Shown here: piece by piece, positions 28,405-41,000 of the stretch
How positions within the stretch are numbered: the stretch's first letter is position 1
Layout of the letters: every line of letters begins with the position of its first letter
Position numbers and translations under genes: made by a program
Assembly (NCBI RefSeq): GCF_000181795.1
Contig: NW_003526941.1
Span: forward strand, 2,364,486 to 2,428,485
Origin: Trichinella spiralis
Lineage: Eukaryota
Reading direction: 5' to 3'
Length of the DNA: 64,000 bases
Notes under the pieces: model-generated
The model's input: the letters and a program-made list of their open reading frames with translations, nothing else
The model's database searches: none
Told to the model about the DNA's origin: nothing

Positions 28405-31400
28405 ATGCGCATGTTGATCTGCTTGACTCTGTTTGTTGAACTGACGCTGGTCGACGGGCAGATTCAGCCGATGCCGATCAACGATCCGCTCACTCAGACC
28501 AGAACCGACTTCCAGCCGTCATCGTTCAACATATTCGACTCGTTCCAGGCACGCCCTTCTGGCTCGGGTTTGAATACCGACGCTCAATCTTTTCAAATAA
28601 GGGGACAAAATTTGAAAACAATCGACTGGCGCAACGTCGATCGTCGAGCCGAAGAAGGTAACTGCTTTTTGTTTTTTTGCTTTTTGCCATTTTCTTTCGC
28701 TCAGCGCTCCAGTATGCAAATTTTTCAAAAATAAAACAAATTCTGTTTCTGTTTTACTTTCTTTTCTTGTTTTGGCTCACAAAATTTGTTGTTTCCAATT
28801 TTTCCCTCTGATCCCATGTTGTTTACTTTGCAGAAGCACCGCTTTCGCGCGCACTCGTCATTAAACTATAGAATAATATGTGAACAACCCGTGTACCGCT
28901 GTATTTCGTGCTTTTTTCTTTAAAGAAGAAAAAAAATTATTATTTGAAAATGTTGTTCCAAACGTGCTGTCCAAATCTCACTGAATTGTTCAATACAACT
29001 AGTTCTCTTGACAGCAAACTTGACTACGAAGCTTACTATATTTAAAAAATTTTTTTCCTACCGCTTAATGAATTGATTTGATTATCGACCATTGTGGGTT
29101 ACGCCCTTTTTTTCTCTTTCTCTCTCTCTTTTTCATTTTAATTTCTGTTTATCGTTATGCAATTTTTAACCTCCGACAAATTCGGAAAATTAATACACGA
29201 ACACTGTTCGTAATTATGACAACGCTCGTGAATTGTGAAACAGAAATTGACCTTGATTATCACAATCTGGGAAAGTGACTCGACATTTGAACTCTCGGGA
29301 ATAAGTGTCACCATGAAGTTGATCGTGCAGTCCTTGACAATTGTTACGTTTATTTTGCAATCACCTCCAAAAGCACATCAACTTTTCCACTCTTGAGATT
29401 TCATTAAAATCTTTTACAATATCAATATTAATTACTGTACATTTATTAATATTTTATATAACCACTTCGAAACCGTTTACTTCAAGCGTTGAATATTATT
29501 CTTCTTTTCAAATTGTTGTTGTATACTTTAAGAAAAAAAAAGTATTTAAACTTTCACAAGCTGCTAATGATGTTTTTTGCGTGTTATCACTTTCAATGTC
29601 AGTTCAAATTCTAGTGTTTGTCACTTTTGATGAATCTATCTTCCTTCTGTGTTCATGTTCAAGGTTTTACCCAAAATAGTTCATCATTTCTTGCTGATTG
29701 AATAATTCGTCCATTATATTGACATCTGCTTGTTTTGTTTGTTTTCTTTTTAACATTTTGAAAAATTTTCATTTGATTCATTTTCAGGATGGTGGCATTT
29801 GTATCCGTTCGGTGAACGTTATTACGATGTTGATATCACTTGGAGACCATGGAGAGATCTCCAGATTGATTTGGATTTTTTCTTGCCATTTTATGGTTTT
29901 CGTTTCAATTACACATTCGTAAGTGATAAATGAGTATTTGGTTGAATTTGTTTAATTATTTTTCATGTTGCAGGTATTTCCGGAAGGATTTGTTGCGTTC
30001 TCTTATCCGCAATACATTCAACCACCGTACACAATGCCGAACAGACGATGGCCTGATGAGCCGGATTCATCTTTGATCGCAGCTTTTATGGGTGAACAGT
30101 CGTTCATTCACGTTGGTGAAACTCGACTCAGCCACGTCTGGTATCGAGTAGTGTCGAGGTAAGTTATTCAATGTTGTCCTATACAACTGAAGGAGAATTC
30201 AGAAAAAAAATCATCATTTAAGGCCGATCAACATGATCAACCCGTTTGGTGATTTTGGCTTCAGGCAGCCTGTTCAGCAGCAACAATATTTAGGACCGAA
30301 TTTGCCTCCAGAATTGGCTAATACTCAAATTCCAATTCGCACATACGCTGGGCAGCAGTTGAAAACTGCTTACGGTCGCATTGAAGATCCTGAATTGTTG
30401 GACAGAATAACAGAGTAATTTTTTATAATAAATAATTAATACTTTCAATTACCTGTTTCAAACTGCCTCTTCTTCAAGGGATATTCAAAGAAGCATGGTA
30501 GGTGCGAGAGGTTTCAAAGCAGATTACGCTTTGATTGTCACCTGGGAACGAATGGGTTACGGTGGTGCTCCGAAAATTACAGAACTGAACATGTACGAAA
30601 CTGTCAAAAAATGGGTAATTCTTTTTCGATTCTCAAAAAATAAGTAATTTATATTTTTGAAGCATTTATTTTTTGTTTAGCAAAATACTTATCAAATGGT
30701 TCTCGCTACTGACGAAATTCGCACTTACGTAATGTTCAATTATGCAAACGTCAATTGGACTTCGTCCACTCAAGCCGGTGCACTGTTCGGTCGTGGCGGC
30801 AAACAATCCGCAATGGTAATCCACCGTTTCGTAGAATTAAATTTAATACATTTAATAGTTTCAATTTTTGTTAGGTTGGATTCAACGGTGGCAACGGTAC
30901 AGGCTGGTATGCTTTACCTTGGTCTGCTGATGGTAATTCATACAAGCTTGTGCAATACGGAAGTGCTCAAGTGGCAGGTCGCTGGCTTGCTCGAGTAGAT
31001 GAAGATATTGAATACGGTGGTTGCAGCAATGATAGCATTGGTAAATTATTCATTCTCCATAAGAAAAAGCCGCTTTCCAAATTTTATTGAATATGGTTTA
31101 TTTTTAGGCGTCTTGCAGTTGGACAAACCTCAAGCCACCATGCTTGGAGGCTTCACATTGAATGTCACCGGACCATGTTTTCGTCCCACTGATGTTCTGA
31201 AGCTGCAAATTGATGAAAGCACTCTTGACTGTGAAAGGGTATTTTATACATTGAATAGTCAGATGGCTATTTATTCAGTCATTGGCTGTTTTCTTTTTTG
31301 GTTTTTAGTTGGACATGGTGATGGCCCGGTGTGTTGTTCCTGTGAATTCAATCTTCAAAACTGGGCAAGTTATAATTCGGCTTTCCGTTGATGGCGGAAA

Positions 31401-34400
31401 GAATTACCCTTGGTGGAATAAATTTTACATATGTAAGTGACGACACAATTTGCATGGTTTTGTGTGTTGAAAATTTTACTTTCAGTGATGCCGTCGTTAG
31501 CCCGACGTCAGGTCAATCTTATAAATGATCCTGTGGTATTGAACAACAACTGGCGAAGTTTCAATCCAGATAATTTGACTTTAACTTGGCCTGCGGCAAA
31601 TATCACTGTCAACCCAAATGCACAGGTGGATATCACCTTGTGGGGTTATTGGGAAGATGTACTTGGTCACAGCTTTGAACAGGCAAGTTGTTCTTGGATA
31701 TGTTAGCAAATTAGCATTAAAAAAATTCTTTTCAGGTTGGCTCGATTGCTAGAAATTCTCCAAACAGAGGCGTATTTTCATTCAATCCACGTACCATGAG
31801 CAAGACAGACATGAAACCTGATGCGTGGCGCAAATATACCGGCGGTCTGCTACAAATTAGAGTCTCTCAAGATTGGATGAAAGATCGAGGAGATGGGTAA
31901 ATTAATCTTTTTTTCTCTTCTTAACCTCTTTAAGAGAAATTTAGTGACAGTAATTGTTATACACAATTAAAAACTTTAGAAAAAGCATTTTAAAAAAAGG
32001 ATCTGTTTTTAGAATTTATTGGTCTGATCTGATTCCATTTGGTTGGTATTTCCACGATGTCTGGCAATATCAGATGGGAAAGAACTGGGCAACGGATATG
32101 TGCATTGACTGGTTCCAGTATGACGGAAGAAGAGAAAATTTTTACATGTTCTTGGAAAATACTCAGCCCTGTCCGTGCACGTTGGATCAAGCACTTTTGG
32201 ACGTCGGTCGATACGTGGCGTTGATGGATTGTGATATCAACGGTGATCACAGGTGCTATTATACACAAGGTGCCCAACATTGCGTGGTCTCTGTCCGCAG
32301 TGTGTAAGTAGAAGTTGTTTATTTTGTTGGCGTAAATATTTAATGTAAACAAATCTTGTTGTATCAATTTATTTTATTTTTGAAATCCAATTTAGATGGA
32401 CCGGTGCTGGTCAGGTGTGTTGCTACGACTGGCAAGGATGGCTAATGTTTTCTCAAGATTATGAATTCAACGACCAATATTTGCGTTTTTATTCAGCTGG
32501 CGTGCCTTACCGCGCACATCCGTATGGTGCATTTCCATACAAAAGACCGCCATATGTACCGAGTCTTTCTAATTTTTACAACGATCTTCTTCCTTATGAA
32601 TACTGTTGCAAATGGGCTGGACACTGCGAATTCTACTTTTGGCGTCGCATCACGTCTGGATGTCAAGATTACAGACCTCCGGCCGTGGGCTATATTTACG
32701 GCGAAGGGCATATTATTACTTACGATGGAACGCGTTACACGTTCAACGGCAAAGGATACTATGTACTCACGACGCTCAAATCGAAAAACAATCACATGAT
32801 GGTTCAGGTGCGAATGGAACATCCTCCAAAGACGTTATGTAAGCTTTTGTGTTGTTATTATTACCCCAGTTTTGATGTTTCATTTTGTTCTTGGAATTAG
32901 GGAATTCTGAGGTTCCAGCTACGGTGGTAACTGGACTGGCGGCGCAGGATAACGATTCTGCCGTGGTTCAAATTTATGCTCGAAAAGAATTCCGCCGCTG
33001 GCGTTATAAAACTGACGTCTATGTTGACGGAACAAGAGTATTCTTTGACACTCCGTGGCAGAAATTGCAGACCTTCAAAGGTAAGAGGTGTTTCAAGGAT
33101 AAATTGAAATTTTCACTTACTGACCAATTGTAATAGGAGTGACCATCCGTAGTCGTCCACGAAATATGAACATGTCAGAATTGGAAGTCATGTTCGACAC
33201 TGGCATGGGCATGCTGGTGCAAGAAGCAAGAGGCACGTTGAACGTTATCGTTTCAGTTCCACCTGAATACAACGAAACTTATGCGGTAAATTTTAAATGG
33301 GAAATAGCAGACGGAATTGGTCATTTTATCGAACTGTTGTTTTTTTTCAGTATCGAACTGATACCTTCGGTTATCCAAGAACAGAGCCGGCAACTGGTCT
33401 ATTTGGTACAGGAAAATGTGCAAACTTTTACCGTACAATGGGCTTATTTGGAACCTTCAATAATGACAAACGTGATGATTTGACCACGCCAGACTGTAAT
33501 GTTGTGAACACCAACTATCCACCGTCAGAAATCGAAGCTCGCAATGTCTACTATGAATTCGGAGAAAGATGTATGATGAACAATTGTTTAGAATTGAATT
33601 TTTTATTTCTTCTTATTTTCTTCCATTCATGTTTTAGGGCGTGCAGATGGAATTCGACATCCATTGCTGTTCCAGACAAAATTCCAGCCGATTTACAATC
33701 CGCTTACTTTTGCTTCAATGAATTATCAGCCAATCTTTGATCCTTGGCGTAATCAGAATACCTCTTTCTGGGAATCGTTGATTTTCACACGAGAAGAAGT
33801 TCGAGTACGTATTGCAATTGCTTTGAAAAAAGAAATTCATTTTTCAGATTTATTATATGAAAAAAATGAAAATAAATTGCAATTGATTATTTTTGTCCAC
33901 TTGATTTAGGTAACTTGTCAAGGATCGCCGTCTTGTGAATTTGATTATCTGACCACTGGTCGCCGTGAAATTGGCATTGATACATTGATGAATGAACGAA
34001 AGTTTGAAGATCAAAAACGACTAGGAGAGAAAATATGTAATGGACATTTATTTTTCACTTTTAATATTTTACTTTTCCTTTGTTTCTCATATATTTTTAT
34101 TTCTTGCTTTTAGTGATCAGTTGTGGACCTTTGACAAAAAATTATGGTGTGCTCAAATATCCTCCTGGAAATAATTACTTGGACGGTGTGACAGTTACTT
34201 TTACATGTCAGCCGGATTATTTCCTGCACGGTGATCAGCAAAGGCACTGCATCAATGGAACGTGGAGTCCAGGCTGGTGGCCTTGGTGTAGATGTAAGTT
34301 GTATCAGTTTATATTTTTATTTAAGATAATTGAATAATTTTTATTCAAAATTAAAAAATTGCTTATTTGAAGTGTTTGTATTTTTTCTAATTTAGGGCGT

Positions 34401-34606
34401 GACGAAGAACATGCACTGAAATGGTTCACTGGAATAATCGTGTCATTGCTGATTGTTGCTGTTTTGGTTGCTATATTCTGCTATTGCAACAGCATGAAGA
34501 AAGAAAAATTGAAAAGACGAGGAAGACAGTACGCCATCGGCAGGTGAGTAATTATATATTGTTATCCATTTGAACGCCTGTTGCAGTGTTTTGTAATTAT
34601 ACATAC

Positions 34607-34646
<40 letters not shown>

Positions 34647-35922
34647 TTAACAGAAGTAACATGCTAGCATACTTTCTTTTGACACTAACGTTAAATTGTT
34701 AAATAGAATATGCTTGTATTGTTATTGATGTTTTTTCGTTTATCAAGTTAAGTTGAATTTTTGAGAACAAAATAACCGCAACAGAAATACGAATTCCCCA
34801 GTTTAAAGTGATTTTTCCCTTGTCCATTCGACTGGAAGCTTCCCCTGAAGATGCCGGTGTCGAGTTGGCTCTATGAAGTGGGATCGGTTTATTTTTAGGG
34901 AGATTCCGCTAATGAACATGTCAGCGGGAAAAGTTTGGCACTGGCCAACGAGACCGCTTGACCGTCACGAAGCCAGTTGTTAGGTATTTGATGAAATTAT
35001 TTTGCGTAGACAAGGGAACTATTGTAGTTAGTGATTTGCTTTTTGCAGCTTGTTGTTCTATTCTACTTGGGCATCATAGCAGATGATCTGATATCTATTT
35101 TCGATCAAAGGCATTTTTCTTTTTCATTTACGGTGGCGATTCTTCTCCTCCACTTGCTTTTTATTCACTTTTATTGCTATGCTTTTATCGTTTTTGAGAA
35201 GTAGCAAATTGAGAGTCAGTCGATTTTTGCACGTCTTGTTGTTCTATACAATCTTGTTTTCTTACCAAGAAGTTGCCTCCTCAATCGTACGGCAAATTTG
35301 CTTACGCTATTTACCATTCATTCTTCACGTCTGAACGTACATATGCTATTCTGACATCAAATATTAAACCCTGCTTCTAGTAATTCTGATACAAGCCATT
35401 TTATTTGACGATTTTTCTATTTACATTGACATTGACTTGTTTTCAACTAACCAACTTGCTAACCTAATCAAATGCATCATTTTTGCACCAAGATTTATTT
35501 ATTTCGATACTCACTAAACAATCTATTATTATTATTATTATTATTATTACAGTGATTCTTAAATTAAAATATTTAAATTACTTTTTTTAAATTTGAAAAC
35601 AATTATGATGTTCATTTTTCATTTTAAAATGCACTCAACTGTGGCATGTTTTTCTTTACTTCACTTCTGCAAATTCGATGCATGCTTTTGTTGAATGTTT
35701 TGGAGTTGGATTTTGATGAATGTGAAAATTTATTTTATTCTATTTTATTTTCTTCACAGCTTTGGACCTAGAACAATGAAACCTGCGGATCCGAGTTTGC
35801 AGAAAACAGCTCCCACTCAACCGTATCCTCCTAGTGAATTAGATGCAGCCAAAGGCGTCGGCGGTTTGAACGGTCGCATGAACCTGCCAACCGGAGCCAG
35901 ATTTTCCGAAACAACCGCTTAA
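28405..35922 (+). CDS. Mesh/SUSD2-like type I membrane protein (NIDO - IPT/TIG - AMOP - VWD - Sushi - TM), multi-exon
   Basis: Signal peptide [14 protein letters not shown] ([38 protein letters not shown]); IPT ([14 protein letters not shown]); AMOP ([15 protein letters not shown]); VWD ([28 protein letters not shown]); Sushi ([20 protein letters not shown]); TM segment at ~34425-34485. Confidence 0.93.
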
Positions 35923-38063
35923 AATATTGTTCCTCTGATTTATGCAAAACATTTTTATTTTGTTTTCAATTCTGCTGGAAAAAACACATTTTCCAACAAA
36001 AAGGGATAAACCCTTCATCATTTTTTCAACGTTGTTGAATTGCAGCAATTCTGTATAATCTAGAATAACTCGCTCATCTGTTGTTTCAACTTCTTCTCTC
36101 CCGTTCAAGTGTGTTTATGGCAGATTGTTCGTTCACATTTGCTTGTCTTCTTCAATTTTATTCTGTTTTCCACTGCGACCAATTATTTATTATTCTTTCT
36201 CTTTTCCAAATCTTACTCTTGCGTTTTTATCACTTACTTACGTCGCAATCACTAGCGCCTACTAAACTGCCTGTGGTCACTTTTCTCATGAAGACTACCG
36301 AATATATGAGGTTGTGATCGTTTTCGCAGTGCCGTATCAAATGCGCAGCAGGCAAAAGAATTTGGCTTTTCTTTTTCAAACTTGTATGCGATGACTTTTA
36401 ACTGTTTCTTTTCTTTTTCGTGAAAAATTGTTTTCACACTTGCATTTTTTTTTGTACGTTTTCATTCATTCAAGTCATGTTTTGGATCAGTTGCCGCGTT
36501 TACAGCGGTGACATTTGTTCTAAAGTGCTACTACATTTTATTACTCATTTTTGTTAAACACGGTGACACGATATACATATACACACACATATATATATAT
36601 ATATATACATAGAAGGGAAACGTGAAATGAAATAACCGACTGTACGTATTATGAAAATAATAAATTCAATCAATTCAATTTATTCGAGATGTGTGCAATC
36701 AATCTGAACTTGAAAATCTCTTTTTATTTATTTATCATACTTGTTATTACTGGATTACTGTAAGATTTTGAATTTATGTAATTTCTTCTACTTTACAGTG
36801 ATTGTAAAGGAATTTTCCATTTTAAATTTCTATTAGCAATAATAAATAAATAAAAATATAATAATAAACTCTTGTAAATTAAAATTGTCAGCCAAAAATA
36901 ACTGCTTAAACATTTTTCAACACTGCACGCAGCCGACTTTTCGCGACGATGAGTTGAAGAAAATAAAATGGCTAATTTCTCAATTTTTTTTGTAAAGCAT
37001 AATCAATTGTACAATTATCAACTTTAAGTATATTGATTGGTCTTCTTTCTTCTGGTAATAAGTGAAGCTGAAATTTCCTGATAATGATCGATGGGATTCA
37101 GTTATGTGAATTTGAAAAATTAAATAGATTTAGAAAATTTATCAATTTGAAATAATTAATTTAGCAAATAGTAATCCATATACACACTGAAAAGTAACGA
37201 ATTTTCCTAATTAAATTGCTTTTGTACTTTATGCAAATTTTCAAAGTGTAACAATTTTGAATATCAATGAAGTGCAGGTAGGTAGTTTGGAAACTGTTAC
37301 TGTTGAAATTTGTCGGTCAATTGGCATGAAGTTTGTTGGCGCGTGCAGACATGGATACTGTAAGGCGGTGATTGTTTTCAACTTCACCCAACTGACGTCT
37401 TCGTTGTGCTTTTGAGTTGTTTTTTTGTTTCTATTAACAGCATTGTATCGTGAAACAATGATTCTGGAAATGGGAAGTTTTTATGGAAAAACTGTTTCAT
37501 CATTTTAGAAAACTAAACGTTGAACAGCGAGTGACTGATGTAAGCACTTTTAAACTTATTTGCAATGTTTTTTTTATTATTTGGTCAAAGTTTACCGTCT
37601 AGTTATCTCTCTTAACGTTTCAAACAAAAGCCAATTACTATTATTATTATTATTATATACACGTACATGTTTTGTTTGAAAAATGCTTTAGATTTTTGCT
37701 ACTCGAACATGAAATGAAGTGAATTGAAAAAGTATTTTCACATATTACTATTTTAGTCTGAACGGCTGGCTGAAAGTTCTGAATTATATATAATTAATGT
37801 CAGCATCACTGATTACATATTATGATAACGTGAAGGAAATGTTCAACAGAATAATAATAAAGATGATGATGAAGCAGAAGAAGAACGCTTGATAATAAAA
37901 GTTGGGAATGATTTACAAATATTAAAATAATTTTGACAAAGTTTGAAAATTACATATAAGCAGCTTTTCGCAGACAGTACTGCGACGAAAGAACACACAA
38001 TCAACGTGCTGTCTTGTCCCGTAAAGAAGAGATTATTATTATTATTCAATGCAAATTTTTGAT

Positions 38064-41000
38064 TTACGGAATATGAGACTGGTGGTCGTTCGACTGACGC
38101 GCTGTGCTGAGCAGTGCGGTCCGGCTAAGCAGCAGTTCGACTTTATCTCCGCAAGCGGCCAACAACGGCGCCACGAGCAAACAGTCCACATCTTGAACAC
38201 TGATATCATTTACCTGAAAATAAAGAAAAAAGATAATGAATGGAGGATGATTTGAATTTCGTTTCGAAAAATTTGTACTTTGAGAATCCGGTCGTAAGGG
38301 AAAATGTTGCGCGATTTATCCGCCGGTCCGTTTGGTCGGATGTCCCGAACGAAGATGCCCCTTTCTTCCACACCGTCGGATATAGAAAAACCGAAATCGT
38401 TGTGCACTTGATCCTTGCGCAGAACCAGTCGATGCAACCGAACGGCCGTGGGCGTGGCACTGTCGTCAGTCGTGCTGCCACTACCGGCGTTGGTGCTCAA
38501 TTTCTCCGCCTGCGGTACGTGGACTGTCAAGACAGTGTTGACGGCAGTCGTCGTATTTCGCTGCTGCGAACTTGCGTCGCTTTCGTCGACGAATGGTATC
38601 TGCTCGTAGACAGTAGCAGCAGCAGCAGCAGCAGCAGCGTTCAAGTCGGTACATTTTGGAGATGCGGTTCTGCTGACCGGCGTAGAACCAGGCACGTAGT
38701 TCACTCGAAGCAGACCATCCGGATGACGGCTTGGATTTCCACTTTGCAAGGCGATTTTCGACGGACTGCAAGTCTGCGGTCGTCTGAGGATCGTCTTTTG
38801 ACAATTCGTTGTGGGCGGTGAGGATACTTTCGGCATGGGCGGTGGCACCAGCTGCGGTACACAGTTGCTCACGCACGGTACGGCACCGGCTAGGATTGTC
38901 TCTTCCAATTTCACCAGCGTTTCTGGCTCACCGATGGATTCCAAAGCTTCGAGCACTTTGCACCATTCAATCGTCAATTCGTCAATATTGTTGTTGTTCA
39001 ACTGTGCACATTCTTTCAGTTTCATCGAATCGCGTAAACCGTCAACTGAAGACAATCAATTGCTTATTTATTACAAAATTAAAACTTCGTCTGTTACCGT
39101 CGTGCGAATTTTCCGCCCCGGCAATTGACAGACTGGATGATTTTGACCGTTTCGTTGCGGTCAAATGTGGAAGGCTTTCGACAATGGGACAATCTTCGAG
39201 TGATTCCACCGCACTGTCTACACTTTGAACCGGCGTGCAGAGCTTTTTGTTTGGCATCTGTTTGCAAACAAAAAAAATATTTAAATTTTGAATTTCTACT
39301 CAAAATCCAAAAAACAAGCACAGTGTTTTTATTACTTGCTGATAAATGCAATCTCTGAGATTGCGGTCCAGTTGCTGCTGATAAGCGTTCGACTGATTCA
39401 GACGAGCACGATCTTGAGGAGATCGACCAATTTTCAAAGTCAACAGTTCCGGCGCTTCTTGAAGCAGACGGGCAACTTCTTGTATTGGAAGTCGATCCAG
39501 AGGCCGACCGTTGATTGCTAACAAACGATCGCCCACATGTATGGCACCGGTTCTGCAAGATCAGGCCAATGAGACAAAATGAAGACATGCAAACAAACAG
39601 CCAAGCTGACAAGTGAAATTATCCCAACGACAACAAGCTTTTTTCTGCGCTGACTTACTTTTCAGCAAGACCTCCGGCTACTAGCTGGGTGATTAGTACA
39701 TGATTCAAGTGTTCATCACCGGCGGACACGGCAATTCCCAGTGGACATCCTCGACGGTTGATTTCGATCGAATACACAATCATGTGCGCACCTCCACAAT
39801 CCACTCGTTCACAAGAACAGCAGTATTTTTTTATGCGCAATTTTACAACATCCGATGAACGATCAAGCAGGCGATTCGCCTCTTCAACTGTGCACGAATC
39901 GAGTGGAATGTTGTCAATGGCCAGAATTTGATCGCCCGGTTGAATTGTACCACATCTGTACAATAATTGCCACTGTTAATTAACACTTGCATGCACGTTT
40001 TAACGGCATTTATTTGAATATGATAATTTTTTATTTACCTGTAGGCGACGCTGCCGATTTCCACTTCAGCCACGATCACTGGTTCACCTTTTTCGTTGCC
40101 GCATGCCGGTCGAATGAGCAGACCGAGATTTTGAGTCCGTCTCGCCAACTTTACAGTGAATATACCACAATTTTGCAAAACGGATTCTATGACGTCAAAT
40201 TCGACAGTTAGCGTCAGTGGACTGGTCATGTGTTTGACAAATTGGTTCGCCTGTTCGGCGCTTCCCAATTCTGTGCACCAGTCGTTCAAAGCGAGCACTC
40301 GATCACCGATTTGCAACACGCCACATCTGAACAAAGAAGTAAATTTTATATAATTCATTCATACCCTGGCTGTTAGTAGTAGTAGTAGTAGTTAATTATT
40401 TTAGCGGTTCTCTTTTCATTTCTCATTGCAATTCATTTTATTACTTTTCCGCAGGACTGCCTTTTTCAATGTAAGAAATGATCAAAGGCGGGTTTTCACA
40501 TTCGGACATCACATGACAGCGGTGGAAGATGAGACCATAGCCTCCACGGTAGCTGCAGTTCAGCACAACTTCCATCACTTCACTTCGGCATATTTGCCCG
40601 TGAGGTAAGCCACTGATTGATGTCGCTAGCGAGCCTAAACAAAACAACACATACGCGATTATCCTTTCGTATTCTTCTTCAACAACACATGCTTTATATA
40701 TTAGAGGATGCTTTCGTCTTTTACTTTTATTTATTCACATAATATACTCTGATTTGTGCCGCAAAAAGTAGGAATTTGAATAAGTGCTTAAACTTACTAA
40801 CAGAAGCGACGCCAGCGACAGCAGTCAATTGAAAGCATACTTTAAGCATTGATAAGAAAAGTAGGATATGTTGTCATTTTTTAATTTCTTCCTTTCTTCT
40901 CTCTCTCCCTTTCTCGTCTTATCTATTTATGTACATATTTATCTTCGGATATGTTTTTAATTTTCTTTCCTCATATACTGAAAATAGAGAAGGGTGCAAT

